DNA from: Mobula hypostoma
Lineage: Eukaryota
Length of the DNA: 64,000 nucleotides
Direction: 5' to 3'
Assembly (NCBI RefSeq): GCF_963921235.1
Contig: NC_086097.1
Span: 153,266,001 to 153,330,000 of the forward strand
In this document: positions 34,807 to 47,190 of the stretch, piece after piece
Layout of the letters: every line of letters starts with the position of its first letter
How positions within the stretch are numbered: the first letter of the stretch is position 1
Made by a program: the position numbers and the translations under genes
The notes under the pieces: generated by a model
Databases searched by the model: none
The model's input: only the letters and a program-made list of their open reading frames with translations
Told to the model about the DNA's origin: nothing

Positions 34807-36445
34807 CAGAATGAACCCAGCGGGCATGGATCTGGTACAACAGGCCCTCGCCAGCCAGGACTACCTACTGGGCGCCAACGACCAACTGCTCAGGGAGGTC
34901 ACGGAAAACCTTTGTGCGCTGTACACGAATGTGAGGAAGGTCCCTTACTCCGTCCCTTCCTGTCTGACCAAACCGCACAGCCTGGGATGGCTACGCCCCT
35001 TGGGTCGGCAACACAATCCCCTTGAGAGCCGTACGTACCTGAACTGGAACCTTACAATGCTCTTTGGTCCTTGAACAACAGCCATGTACGTCCACCTCGG
35101 ACAAATGGAAAATTGCGTACATCATGGGGCTGTTATGAGGGGATGCCTTGGCATGGGCCACCGTGATCTGGAACAACCGACCAGAGGTCTGTCCTCCCTT
35201 CTCCTCCTTTGTCTCCGAAATGAGGAAGGACTTTGAACAGCCCATTTATGGTAAGGACGCCCCTAAGTGCTTGCTAACTCTCTGTCAGGGTTCGCGAAGC
35301 GTAGCAAAATACTCCATCGAGTTCTGAACATTAGCGGCCGACTCTGGGTGGAATGACGAGGCCCTACGGGAGGTGTTTCGGCAGGGCCTTTCAGATAAGA
35401 TAAAAGATGAATTGGCAGTGAGGGATGACGCGGACAGCCTGGACTCTCTGATCTCTCTAGCCGCTAGGCTAGATAATCGACTTCAAGAGCGTCTGAGAGA
35501 AAAGACTAGTCACCCCACTCCTCGGGTCAGCTCATGTCCCACCTTACAATTTTCAGCCAGCCTCCCTTCCCAGGCCACTCCAAGTGTAGCTCCTGCTCCA
35601 ACTGTCCCCACCACCCTGGGGGAGGAACCGATGCAGCTGGGACGGAACCGTCTCTCCCCTGCTGAACGACTTCGGAGGCAGAGAGTTGGGGATTGTTACT
35701 ATTGCGGCCAGCCTGGACATTTCCAGGATACCTGTCCTCTGCAACAAACGTGGAGAGCTCACCAGTAGAAAGGGGGACCATGGTGAGCCGGCTAACACTC
35801 CCTTCAGTCCCCCAGACCCAGATGCAGATCCTGGCTACTGTGAACTATCAACAACAGTCCCTGTCCCTATCTGCCTTGGTGGATTCCGGTGCCGAGGGAA
35901 ATCTGCTGGACGAGGACATAGCCTCCTGGGCCGGAATACCTCGGGAGTCATTAAGTACCCCTCTGGAGGCCAGGGCGCTGGATGGAAAACTGCTGGCTCG
36001 GATTACCCACTGTACGTCATCCCTCACCTTGATTCTGTCCAGAAACCATCGAGAGGAGGTATGATTTAACCTCATCTATTCTCCTCAAACTCCTGTAGTT
36101 CTGGGATATCCCTGGCTGAACCATCACAACCTCTACATTGGACGACCCCAACAGGTGGACTGCGAGAGCCAAGTGTCTGGACCGTGCCGACCCATTGGCA
36201 CTTATGTGAATGCACCTGTCATAACAAGTAAATAAAGTGCACACTGTTCTAATTTATTTTAACCTCAACCCACACTGTACACTTGACTTACATCCCCGGA
36301 GAGCGCACGACCTACTGCGCGCTCTCTGCAGTCCTCGACTAGAAAGCGGCATGCACCAGCTACCCACCTGTCATCTAAGGAGCGAATCTGTCATCTAATC
36401 GAATTGTTACCAGCAGTAAGTCACAGACCCTAAACCAAGAACAAC

Positions 36446-38083
36446 ATGCCTGCGCGAAAAAGCGCAAAGTCGAACAGGAAAACCGTCAGCTCAAATCTGA
36501 CTGGACTGATCAGAGAGAGAGCGCAACAGCTGCATCATTGCATGCATCATGGAATCTTGCCAAAGCTAAGAAGCCATTCACTGATGCCGAGTTGATTAAA
36601 ACGTGTGCAATTGATATGGTGGGCGAAGTTTTAAGTCACGATGAGAAAATCAAGAAAACAGTAGTGGAGCTATTAAAGACGGTGCCATTGTCGGCTATCA
36701 CGGCAACAAGAAGAGTAGAAGTTTTAGCGGAGGAGTGTTTTTCCAATCTACTCACTGATTTAGAGAAAGCAGAAGCCATATCACTAGCCATAGATTCATC
36801 CTGTGACCGAACCGATATGGAAGAGCAAGATTTTTTGACGGGAAGACCTTTTGGGAAGAGCTACTTTGTTTGCTTCCTCTGCCTGGGCGCACAACTGGGG
36901 AAATAATTTTTAACGAATTGACACAGATCTTTGAGAAGAATGGCTTGGATGCGAGCAAAATGGTGTCCGTTGTCACTGATGGGGCTCCGTCGATGGTGGG
37001 ACAACACAAGGGCTTGGTAAGCAGGTTTGCCGCTGTTAATCCAGCACTCTTAGCATTTCATTGCATTATTCACAAATCAGTGTGGTGCACTAAACTGTGT
37101 GGGGAAATGAAAGAGGCGATGATACTGTGACAAGACTGGTAAATTTCGTTCGTGAGAGTTCTGGTCTGCAACATCGCCTTTTCAGAGCATTGCTGGAGGA
37201 AACGTCAGCGGAACACAAAGATCTTTTATCGCATAATGATGTTCGCTGGCTAAGCAAAGGCCGTGTGTTGGAGAGGGTGTGCGACCTCGCAATGAGCTTG
37301 TGTCATTTTTATCCACCCTGCAGAGCCAAAAAGCCCAAGGATTTAAGAGATTTTTAAGTGACAACAAGGTGATGGCACATATTCTTTTTTTGTCTGACAT
37401 CAGGTTTCATCTAAATCAACTTAATCTGCAATTACGAGCCAACAACCACACTGTTGCGGACATGTACGAGGCGATTGAAGCTTTCCTGTCAAAGCTGAAC
37501 CTTTTGGAGAGAGTCATTCACAGGAGAAAGTTGCACTTTCCACGTCTGCGGGAGCATTGCAAGAAGAATGAAATGCGGGAGGAACCAGTGATGAAGGATT
37601 TCATGACGAGCCTGGCAGAAAACTTCAGGGAACGATTTGAAAGCTCCCCTAAACTCTCGGGTGACATCCTCCTCTTCCTGAGACAGCCGTTTTCCATTTC
37701 GGCTGATGGCCAGTGAACTGCAGAGGCCAAAAGGCTGGTGCCTTCCATCGATGAGGCAACTCTTCAGATGGAGGTCTTGGAAATGGGAACATCTGATTTG
37801 CTCAAAGCACAGCACAAGGACGTTGGGGTGAGTGACTTTTGGATTAACGTGGTTCCCCGAGCTCAATTCAAAAACACGAGAGCTATTGCAGTGCTCCTAC
37901 TCACACTGTTCGCCTCCACATACATATGTGAGTCATTGTTTTCATCAATGAACTCTATCAAGAACCAGGACAGAAACACTCTCTAATGTATATCTTGGCC
38001 AGTGCCTCAGGACTGCCACAACAGAATACAGGCCCGACATCAGAAGGATTGCCATATCCCATCACTGTCACTTCTCTCACTGA
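36446..38083 (+). pseudogene. hAT transposase pseudogene
   Basis: Consecutive ORF pieces at 36538-37986 lie in shifting frames. The N-terminal KKRK..ENRQ...W start is followed by an apparent deletion. Confidence 0.88.
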
Positions 38084-38526
38084 TTGGTGAGTGAATCAAC
38101 TTATTTTTGTCCATTTGTCAATCTTATTGTGGTATAATAATATTACAACAACAATAATACTGTTAATTTCATTTACAGCTACACTTCATACTTTAAATGC
38201 TACATAGCTTAATTTAAAAGAACAAATAGATTAAATGAGAGAACAGAAACAGTGGAAAAGGCAGTACTACTAAAACTCTGTGTAGAAGAGAAGTGTTCTT
38301 TGTGTGGAAGAGAAGTGGTGAAGACTACCATGTTTACTCTCTGCCTCTCGTTTTTCTTTTGCACTACCTTATTTTCCCTTTTCTACTTTCTATTTATGAT
38401 TCATAATTTAAATTTTTAATATTTACTATCAATTTGTACTCCAGGGAGCGCAAAGCGCAGACTCAAATATCGCTGTGATGATTGTACATTCTAGTATCAA
38501 TTGTTTGGCGACAATAAAGTATAGTG

Positions 38527-38530
<4 letters not shown>

Positions 38531-38574
<44 letters not shown>
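38531..38574. repeat. (TG)n microsatellite
   Basis: Directly visible. Confidence 0.95.
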
Positions 38575-38575
<1 letters not shown>

Positions 38576-38718
38576 TCCCAACGTGACAACTGTCAGTTGT
38601 GATAGCTAGAGTCATAATTAAATGGTTGGTTTTGGACTTATTTTGTTTCAAGAGTGCATTTCGTTTTCTTGTGTGACCCACAACACAGGCTTTGAGAATC
38701 CCAGGCCTAAATAATTAC

Positions 38719-38745
38719 AACTACTACTACTACTACTACTACTAC
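38719..38745. repeat. (ACT)n microsatellite
   Basis: Directly visible. Confidence 0.9.
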
Positions 38746-41700
38746 GTGGTAATAGCAGCAACAATAACATCTGCCCATAAAACAACTTACTGGCGCAATG
38801 AAAAAAAAAACCCTGGACGTTTTGGCCCTTGGCTTTGCATGCTTGACATAATTTGGCCCTTATGGAGAACTAGTTGGGGAACCCTGCCCTACATTGACTG
38901 GTCTACCGAGAGGATAGCCAGTTGGAGCCCACTTTGCCACGCCACCTGTCTGCGGTCAGCTCCATCCCCTAGGGAGGCTACAGCGACCTCACCTGTCTTG
39001 GAACTCCTGGACTTGTCCAGAGTCCCCGCAAAATACCATGACCTGGGGCAAGTATTCAGCAAACAACAGGCTCTTTCCCTGCCTCCGCAGCGCCCGTATG
39101 ATTGCACTATCGACCTTCTCCCCGGGGCCTCATTACCCACCAGTCATCTTTATAACTTGTCCCGACCAGAGAGAGAGGCCATGGCGAAATACATTAGCGA
39201 GTCCCTCGCGGCGGGCATTATCAGACCTTCATCCTCCCCGGCAGGCGCCGGTTTCTTCTTTGTAGAAAAAAAGGATGGTTTGCTTTGCCCCTGTATCGAT
39301 TACCGAGGCCTAAATAATATAGCAGTTAAAAATAAGTACCCACTGCCCCTCATTAATTTGGCATTTGAACCACGTCATGGAGCCACCATCTTGTCAAAGT
39401 GGGACCATTGTAGCGCCTACCATCTAGTCAGGATGAGGGAGGGAGACGAGTGGGAGACTGCTTTTAATACACCACTGGGCCACTTCGAATACTTGGTCAT
39501 ACCGTTTGGCCTCACCAATGCCCCCACCATTTTTTAAGCCCTAATCAATGATGTGCTGAGGGACTTCATTAATCTCTTTGTGTTCATCTACCTAGTTGAT
39601 ATCTTAATATTTTATAGCAGCCTCCAGAAACACATTCACCATGTCTGTCTAGTCCTCCAGAGACTGTGGGAGAACAAGTTATTGTGAAGGTGGAGAAGTG
39701 TGACTTCCACATTCCCTCGGTCAGCTTCCTGGGCTACATTATCGAAAACGGGCAGGTAAGGGTAGATCCTGTGAAGATCCGGGTGGTGGAAGAATGGCCC
39801 AGACCCTTGACACATAAACAATTTCAGCAGTTTTTGGGTTTTGCAAACTTTTACCACCGATTTATCAGGGATTACAGTTGGGTGACGGCACCACTCACCT
39901 GACTTACTTTGCCCACAACACCTCTTCTTTGGGACTTCAAGACCGATTCAGCCTCCATGGAACTAAAGAGGCATTTCACGACTGCGCCCATCTTGGTCCA
40001 ACCGGACCCCTCCTGCCAATTCGTTGTTGAGGTTGGCGACTCTGACTCCGGGACCGGGATGGGAGCAGTCCTGTCCCAACGATCAAGTTCGGACGAAAAG
40101 CTTCATCTTTGCGCCTTCTTTTCTCGCCGGCTGTCCCCTGCCGAGTGGAATTACAACGTGGGGAATCGGAATCTACTGGCAGTCAAGCTAGCATTGGAGG
40201 AGTGGAGGGAGAGGGCGGACGGGGCAAACACCCATTTATTGCTTGGACGGATCATAAGAACCTGGAATATATTCAGACCTCCAAACGTTTGAACTCCCGC
40301 CAGGTCCATTGGGCATTACTTTTTGGACGATTCAAGTTTTCTCTCACATACCGTCCAGGGTCCAGGAACGGGAAAGCTGACGCGCTCCCACCAATACAAT
40401 TCCAAGGAGGACACTTCCAGCACAGAGACTATCCTCCCACCATCCTGCTTGGTGGCAACCCTCACTTGGGAGATTGAGTCCAAAGTAAAGGAAGCCCAGC
40501 GGGACGACCCCGACCCCGGCAATGGACCCGGCGATCGCCTGTATGTGCCCGTTTCTGTCAGGTCCCAGGTTCTCCAGTGGGGGTACGCATCTCGTTTCGC
40601 CTTTCACCCCGGGAGTGATCGGACACTGGCTCTCCTGAAAGGACACTTTTGGTGGCCTTCCATGGAGGCGGATACCCATTCCTATGTCTCTGCATGTTCC
40701 ATCTGTGCCCGTGGAAGAGTCTCTCATCAACCACCTGGGGGGTTACTTCGAACCCTACCTGTCTCTGGTTGTCCTGGGTCGCACATCACCCTAGATTTTG
40801 TCACCGGTCTACCCTCTTCACATGGAAACACCACCATCCTCACCATGGTAGACCGGTTCTCCAAGGCGGTTCACTTGGTAGCCTTCCCTAAACTCTTCTG
40901 CTCAGGAAACCACAGACCTTCTCATCTGCCACATCTTCTGCCTCTACGGAGTTCCGGCGGGCATTGTGTCCGATCGAAGTTCCCAATTCATCTCGCAGGT
41001 ATGGAAGGCCTTCTGTCAAGCCTTGGGTGCCTCAGTCAGCCTGTCATCCAGCTTTCACGCACAGATGAATGGGCAAATGGAACGGGTCAACCAGGATTTG
41101 GAGGCGACGCTACGTTGTACAACAACCAACAACCCGTCTACCTGGAGTGACCATCTCGCGTGGGTTGAGTATGCCCACAACTCTCTGGTTAGTACTACCA
41201 TCGGAAGGCCTCCCTTTAAGTGCTCCCTTGGGTACCAAACCCCGTTGTTCCCCGCACAAGAAAAGGAGATTGTGGTGCCGTCTGTTCAGGCCCATATCGA
41301 TTGGTGCCGCAAGGTTTGAGAGGACACACGCACGGCCCTGCCCAGATCAGTAGATTGCAATAAGAGGATTGCTGATTGACACTGGATTCCTGTGCCTGAG
41401 TGTCAACCTGGGCAGAAGGTGTGGCTCTCATCCAAAGACATCTCTCTCAGAAACGAGCCTAAGAAACTCGCCCCTTGCTTCCTGGGAAATTTTGAGGTCG
41501 AAAGTATCATCAACCCCACAGCAGTCCGACTTAAACTACCAAGATCTATGCACATCCACCCTACTTTTCATGTTTCCAAATTAAAACCACTTTCCGTCAG
41601 TCCCTTGTGTCCTCCGACCGAAACCCCTCCACCCGCCTGGATCATCGACAACCATCCAGCATACACTGTCTGGCGGCTACTACATGAGCGCCGTTAGGGC

Positions 41701-41853
41701 AAAGGCCTCCAATACCTGGTCAACTGGGAAGGGTACGCCCCAGAGGAACGTTCCTGGGGTTCCCGCTCCTTTATTCTGGACCCCTCCTTCATCCAAGACT
41801 TCCATCGGCACCATCTGGACAAGCCTAGAGGATCCCATGGGGGGGGGGGTTAC

Positions 41854-42246
41854 TGTCATGGTCCCATCCAGCAATGCCCCATCTTGCTATTATCTCCTTG
41901 ATTAGGTCTTAATCCTCTCGTCTGATTTTCAATTGCTCCCAGTTTTCATTAATTACAGCACACCTGCTTTCCATCAGCGAACTGAGGATAAGAACCCTGG
42001 TGTCACTGTCATGCTTTGCCAGTTCGTTGGTCTACTCTAGTGTGTGTAAACCTTATTTCCTGATCCCTTAGGACTGTTAGTTCTAAGCTCCGCACCATTC
42101 CCTGGATAATCTACATAAACCTTGTCTCTGTGTAAAGATTCTCCTGAGTACCTGTTCCACGTTCACGACTGCGCTAACGCCTCACGACCCTGGCTCTGTG
42201 CCTGTGTCCTGCTCTTGGGTTTGTCCCCAGCCTCGTCCTTGCAACA
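41854..42246 (+). repeat. 3' LTR
   Basis: Direct repeat of 34408-34794, preceded by the PPT. Confidence 0.95.
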
Positions 42247-42639
42247 GTATTTGCACAGTTTAATGTCTTTTGCACATTGGTTGAATGCTTAAATTGGGGC
42301 AGGCTTTCATTGATTATGTGGTGGTTGCTCTTCTTTAGATTTATTGAGTATGCCCACAAGAAAATTATCTCAGGGCTTTATATGGTGACATATATGTACT
42401 TCGGTAATTTATTTTGAACTTTGTTATGTTTTGAAACTCCTAAACATTAAAACCAATTGAAAGCAAAACAAGGAGCTGGGAGGTAAATGTGTGTACTTTG
42501 TTTTTACTTCTGAGGGAGGTATACATGTATATGATGTAGCAGCATGGTAACATAAACAGGTAACAGAGTAGATGCTGAGAAGGCTGCTGCTTTCCCTGCA
42601 GGTGCATGGTTTGAGAATAAAGGATCAATTATTAATTTC

Positions 42640-43915
42640 ATGCTGAGGAACTTCCCTCAGGTGGCTGTGAATCTTTGACTTTTCTAACTCAGAAAGCTGT
42701 GGGAGTGGGGTATTTAGTTTTATTCAAGAAAGAGACTGATAGATATTTCAACTCCAAGGAGTCAAAGGATACATGGAAAGTGTTTAAAGTGTTGAAGTAA
42801 AGACTGGATAAATCCTGATCACATTGAATCATCAGATACAACAGATCAATAGACCCATCATCAATAGATGAGGGTTCAAGACCAGCATAAAAATATTTAG
42901 AAAGCTGTGTGATAATCAATCAGAGTCAACGTGGTTTTATGAAAAAGCAATCGTGTTTGATAAACTCTCAAGAGTTCTTTGAGGATTTAATAAACAATGT
43001 AGATAAGAAAAATCTATAGGTATGGTGTATTTGGATTTCCATGAAGTGAAAGGTTACCAATGAAGAGGAATTGACTGGGGAAATATATGGCTCTGATAAG
43101 GGTGTGGCAACAGAAATCAGGTGGAATAAATGGACCTCTTTCAGATTGTTAGTCAGTAACTAGTGGGATTCCACAGGGATCTCAATCATTTATAGTCAAT
43201 ATTAATGAGTTGGATGACCAAGCTGAGAATACTGCAAAAATATTTGCTGTTAATGAAAGAGAAATGGATTATCAACATCACAAGGAGGATGCATACAGCT
43301 TGCAAAGAGATACAAAGAGGTCAATTAAGTGGGCAAGAAATTGGCAGATGAATCATAATAAGGTTATTCACTTTGAACAAATAATAAAGAACTAATTATT
43401 ATTTAAATAGAAAGAGACTGCAAATTGTTGGAGAAAAGGGTATCTGGGAGTTCTGGTACATGAAATAAAGAATGTTAGGACGTAGGTATAGCAACTAATT
43501 AGTAAGGTTAATGGAATGATGGTTTTTATTCCAAAGGGTATGGAATATAAAAACACAAAAGCCTCAAAGGTGTTTTAATGGGCGCTGATGAAAGCTGACC
43601 TGGAGTACTAAACAGTCTTCATGTTAAATAGGGAATGTACGTGCATTGGAGGCATTGCAGAAAAAGCTAACCAGTGATTTTTAGGATGAAAGAGTTGACA
43701 TACAGAGCAAGTTTTTTGCAGGTTGGGCCTGTATGAAGTGGAATACAGAAATTTGAGAGATGAGCTTATGGAACTATAAGATTTTGAGGGAGAATGACAG
43801 GGTGGATGCTAAGAGAATATTTTTTCTGTTAGGGAAGGGGAGGTTAGTGATCAAGAATGTAGGTCTATGGGGCATGGTTTCATTATAAAAGGGTATTCAT
43901 TTAAGACAGAAATGA
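42640..43915 (+). mobile_element. Old CR1 fragments
   Basis: Remnants SQRGFMKK.SCLIN, VYLDF, VTSGIPQGS and KWARNWQM. Confidence 0.7.
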
Positions 43916-44220
43916 GAATTAGTGTCAGATTTAATATCACTGCATATGACATGAAATCTGTTGTATGTGACAGCAATGGTATAATACATAATTTAAAAAA
44001 ATATAAATTACAATAAGTCATATACATATATATTATAAAAGCCATGCAAAAAAACAGAGGAAAAAATAGTGAGGTAATATACATGGGTTCATTGTCTGAG
44101 AGTCTTTGGTGACATACCTAGTCTCCTCAAACTCCTAATGAAATAGAAATATTGTTGTAACTTTTTTGTAATTGCATTAATATGTTGAGCCCAGGATAGA
44201 TCTTCAGACATGTTGACTCC

Positions 44221-44474
44221 TGCTATACTTTGTAACTCCAAAACATTAAAACTAAAACTAATTGAAAGCAAAAACACTCAGCCAGAAATGCAAGTCTAAC
44301 TTTGTTTTCACTTTTAGTGAGATGCACACATTTGACACAGTGGCGTGATGGTGGATGCTATGCACATACTTTTATGTGTAACCCAAATGAATTATTTAAA
44401 CATCAAAGAATGCTTAATCAGATAATATATTTACAATATTACTCAAATATTACTGAAATATTAAATACACAACA
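44221..44474. mobile_element. Short solo-LTR-like insertion
   Basis: A TG...CA-bounded AT-rich unit splitting the Rex sequence (TTGAC..|..CCAGGAAC). A related start occurs at 42422-42550. The right boundary is ambiguous by about 3 bp. Confidence 0.5.
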
Positions 44475-44593
44475 CCCAGGAACTTGAAACTGCTCACCCT
44501 TTCCACTGCTGATCACCCTATGAGGAATGGTGCGCAGTCACTTCCTGAAGTCTACAATCAATTCCTTGGTCTTACTGGTGTTTAGTGCAAGGA

Positions 44594-45422
44594 AGGTGGT
44601 GGAATGCTTGGATACAGCGGCCCCTCCGGGTCTAATCAAATGTGTATTTGTTCGTCTTTCATGTCTTTTTTATGACAGCAAGTCACTGCTGGATACTAAG
44701 AACATGTATTATTGCAGAATTATCCTATCAGCGAGTTGAACTTGTTGCATACTGTTGTTGTGCTGTTGGCTGAACTTGTTGTGTACCATTGATGTGTTGA
44801 TGTGCAGGGCAAGTGATTGTCTTGGACATTTTGATTGTGATTGCAAGACCCTATTGGATATTGGTAATGTGGAATACTGCAAGTCTAGTTCATTGGTTCA
44901 TTAGCAAGTCCAATGGTGAAGGAGCTGCATTGCCTCAGTTTTGGCAAGGATGAGGCCTATGCCATGGAATCATCTGTTGCAGATGTCCTGGAAAGGAGAT
45001 GCTGAGGCAGCATGGGAGAGTGCAGTTGCCCCTGTGGGTGCTCTGGAATACATATTGGGTTGGGAGCTGACCCCTCCTGTAGGGGCTCACTCCAGTGTTC
45101 ACAAGGTGCTACCTTTTGGTCTTTGCAATGTGCTGCCCTCTGGTGTTTACTTGGTACTGCCTTCCAGCATTTACTCAATGGAAGAACAAGCTGGACCAAG
45201 AGAACTTATCATCAGTCTAGAGTTATGCCACTCAGTGACTTTAGCTACGGTATTATCTTTTCTTTGTGACTATAGCTTCCTGCAATTGTAACCATATGTG
45301 CTACTTGTACTATGTGCAGTGGGCTGTGTGCTGTTGGTAATCTGTTCTGAAGCTTGGCCCTGGAGGAGCACTGCTTCATTTGGCAATATTTAAGCATGTT
45401 GAATGATAATTAAACTTGAACT
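44594..45422 (+). mobile_element. Non-coding retroposon-like insertion with a LINE-type tail
   Basis: Interrupts the minus-strand Rex element and ends GAATGATAATTAAACTTGAACTT, resembling the Rex-type tail at 55105-55155. Confidence 0.55.
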
Positions 45423-46597
45423 TCTTGATACAATACCACTACTGTAAACCAGTTGATCAATTTCATTCCTATATGCATCCTCGTCAACAGCTGAAATTCT
45501 GTCAATAATAGTTACGTCATCTGAAAATTTATAGATGGTATTTGAACTATGCTTTGACACACAGACATTGGTGCAGAAAGAGTAGAACAATGGGCTAAGC
45601 ATGCATCCTTGAGGAGCACCAGTGTTGAATGTCAGTGAGGAGGAGATGTTCATTCCGATCTGCACTGATTATGGTTTCCTGATTCAAGGATCCACTAGCA
45701 GAGGGAGATACAACAGCCCAGGTTTTGGAACTTGTTTATTAGTTCTGAGGGTAAGATGACATTGAACACTGAGCTGTAATCAATAAACAGCCAGACATTG
45801 TTATTGCTATTGTCCAGGTGGTCCAAGGCCAAGTGGAAAGCCAACAATATTGCATCCACTGTAGACCTACTGTGCCAATAGGCAAACTGCAAAGGGTCCA
45901 GGTTTTTTTTTAGGAAGGAGCTGATTCTGGCTATTACCAATCTCTCAAAATACTTCATCATAGTAGATGTGAGTACAACTGATAGTCACTGAGGCAGCTC
46001 ACCCTGCTCTTCTTGAGCACTGGTATGATTGTCACCCTTTTGAAGCAAGTGGGAATTTCCATCTGCAGCAGTGAGAGATTGAAGATGTCTTTGAACACTT
46101 GTACAAGTTTCAATGTTCTACTAGGTACGCTATTAGAGGCTGATCCCTAGTGAGGGTACACCCTCTTGTAAGGTGTTCTGACAATAGCCTCTGAGACAGA
46201 GATCACAGGGTCACCATATGCTGCAGGGATTTGTGTAGGTGTAGTTCTATTCTCCCTTTCAAAGTGTGCATAAAGGCACTCTGCTCAGCTGGGAGTGAAT
46301 CATTGCAGCCATTCATGATGTTAGGTGTCATCCTGTCGGAAGTAGTGCCTGCAAACCTTATCTGAGCTGACAGGCATCTGATAACTTCAACTGGAAATGT
46401 TTTATCTCTCTTTAGATAGCCTTCCATAAGTCATACCTGGACTTGTACAGTTCTAGATCACCACTCTTGAATGCCACAGATCTAGCCCTCAGCAGACTGG
46501 TTCATCCATCACTTGTGTTTTGGGTAGGTCCAGTATGTTCTTGAAGGCACGAACTCAGCCACACAGGTCTTGATGAAGTCAGTGACAAATGTGACCT

Positions 46598-47190
46598 AGA
46601 AACCATAGAAACTACAGCACAGAAACAGGCCTTTTGGCTCTTCTTGACTGTGCCGAACCATTTTCTGCCTAGTCCCACTGACCTGCACAAGGACCATATC
46701 CCTCCATACACCTCCCATCCATGTATCTGTCCAATTTATTTTTAAGTGTTAAAAAATAACCCGTATTTACCACCTTGTCTGGCAGCTCATTCCATACTCC
46801 CACCACTCTCTGTGTGAAGAAGCCGCCCCCGCCTAATGTTCCCTTTAAACTTTCCCCGCCTCACCTTTAACCCCTGTCCTCTGTTTTTTTTTCTCCCCTT
46901 GCCTCAGTGGAATAAGCCTGCTTGCATTCATTCTGTCTATACCCATGATAATTTTATATACCTCTATCAAATCTCCCCTCATTCTTCTACGCTCCAGGGA
47001 ATAAAGTCCTAACCTATTCAACCTTTCTCTGTAACTGAGTTTCTCAAGTCCCGGCAACATCCTTGTAAACCTTCTCTGCACTCTTTCAACCTTATTTATA
47101 TCCTTCCTGTAATTTGGTGACCAAAACTGAACACAATACTCCAGATTTGGCCTCACCAATGCCTTATACAACCTCATCATAACATTCCAA
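46598..47190 (-). mobile_element. 5'-truncated CR1 LINE
   Basis: ORF 46845-47297 reads VMMRLYKALVRPNLEYCVQFWSPNYRKD, with a TAGAAACCA tail. Confidence 0.92.

Larger units (their letters stand above)
36139..38886 (+). mobile_element. hAT DNA transposon (Charlie/SPIN/GTF2IRD2-like transposase, frameshifted) nested in the Gypsy pol
   Basis: Motifs KKPFTDAELIK, SLAIDSSCD, VVTDGAPSM, HCIIH, VRWLSKG and STYICESLFS. 8-bp TSD CTCTACAT / CCCTACAT. The right TIR is GTTGGGGAACCCTG and the left TIR is degenerate. Confidence 0.93.
34408..42246 (+). mobile_element. Full-span degenerate chromovirus (Tf1/sushi-type Ty3/Gypsy)
   Basis: Two LTRs and a 5-bp TSD GTATT (34403-34407 / 42247-42251). Gag EEPMQLG and [14 protein letters not shown], protease [24 protein letters not shown], RNase H, integrase HPG / LDFVTGLP / SD, chromodomain YTV.RLL...[15 protein letters not shown], and a G-rich PPT at 41839-41849. 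Confidence 0.97.
43916..46595 (-). mobile_element. Rex1/Babar LINE, degraded and interrupted
   Basis: ORFs MKYFERLV...LDPLQFAY...FIDYSSVFN and TGAPQGCMLSPL...YKFSDD; the 3' part reads YFIRSLRRLGMSPKTL. Confidence 0.85.

Noticed and set aside
36446..38083. Domesticated GTF2IRD2/ZBED-like host gene
   Set aside because: It has multiple frameshifts, TIR and TSD, and lies within a retrotransposon.
38692..39537. 281-aa ORF with a poly-Tyr N-terminus as a novel protein
   Set aside because: Chance fusion of the hAT end and (ACT)n tract to the Gypsy pol frame.
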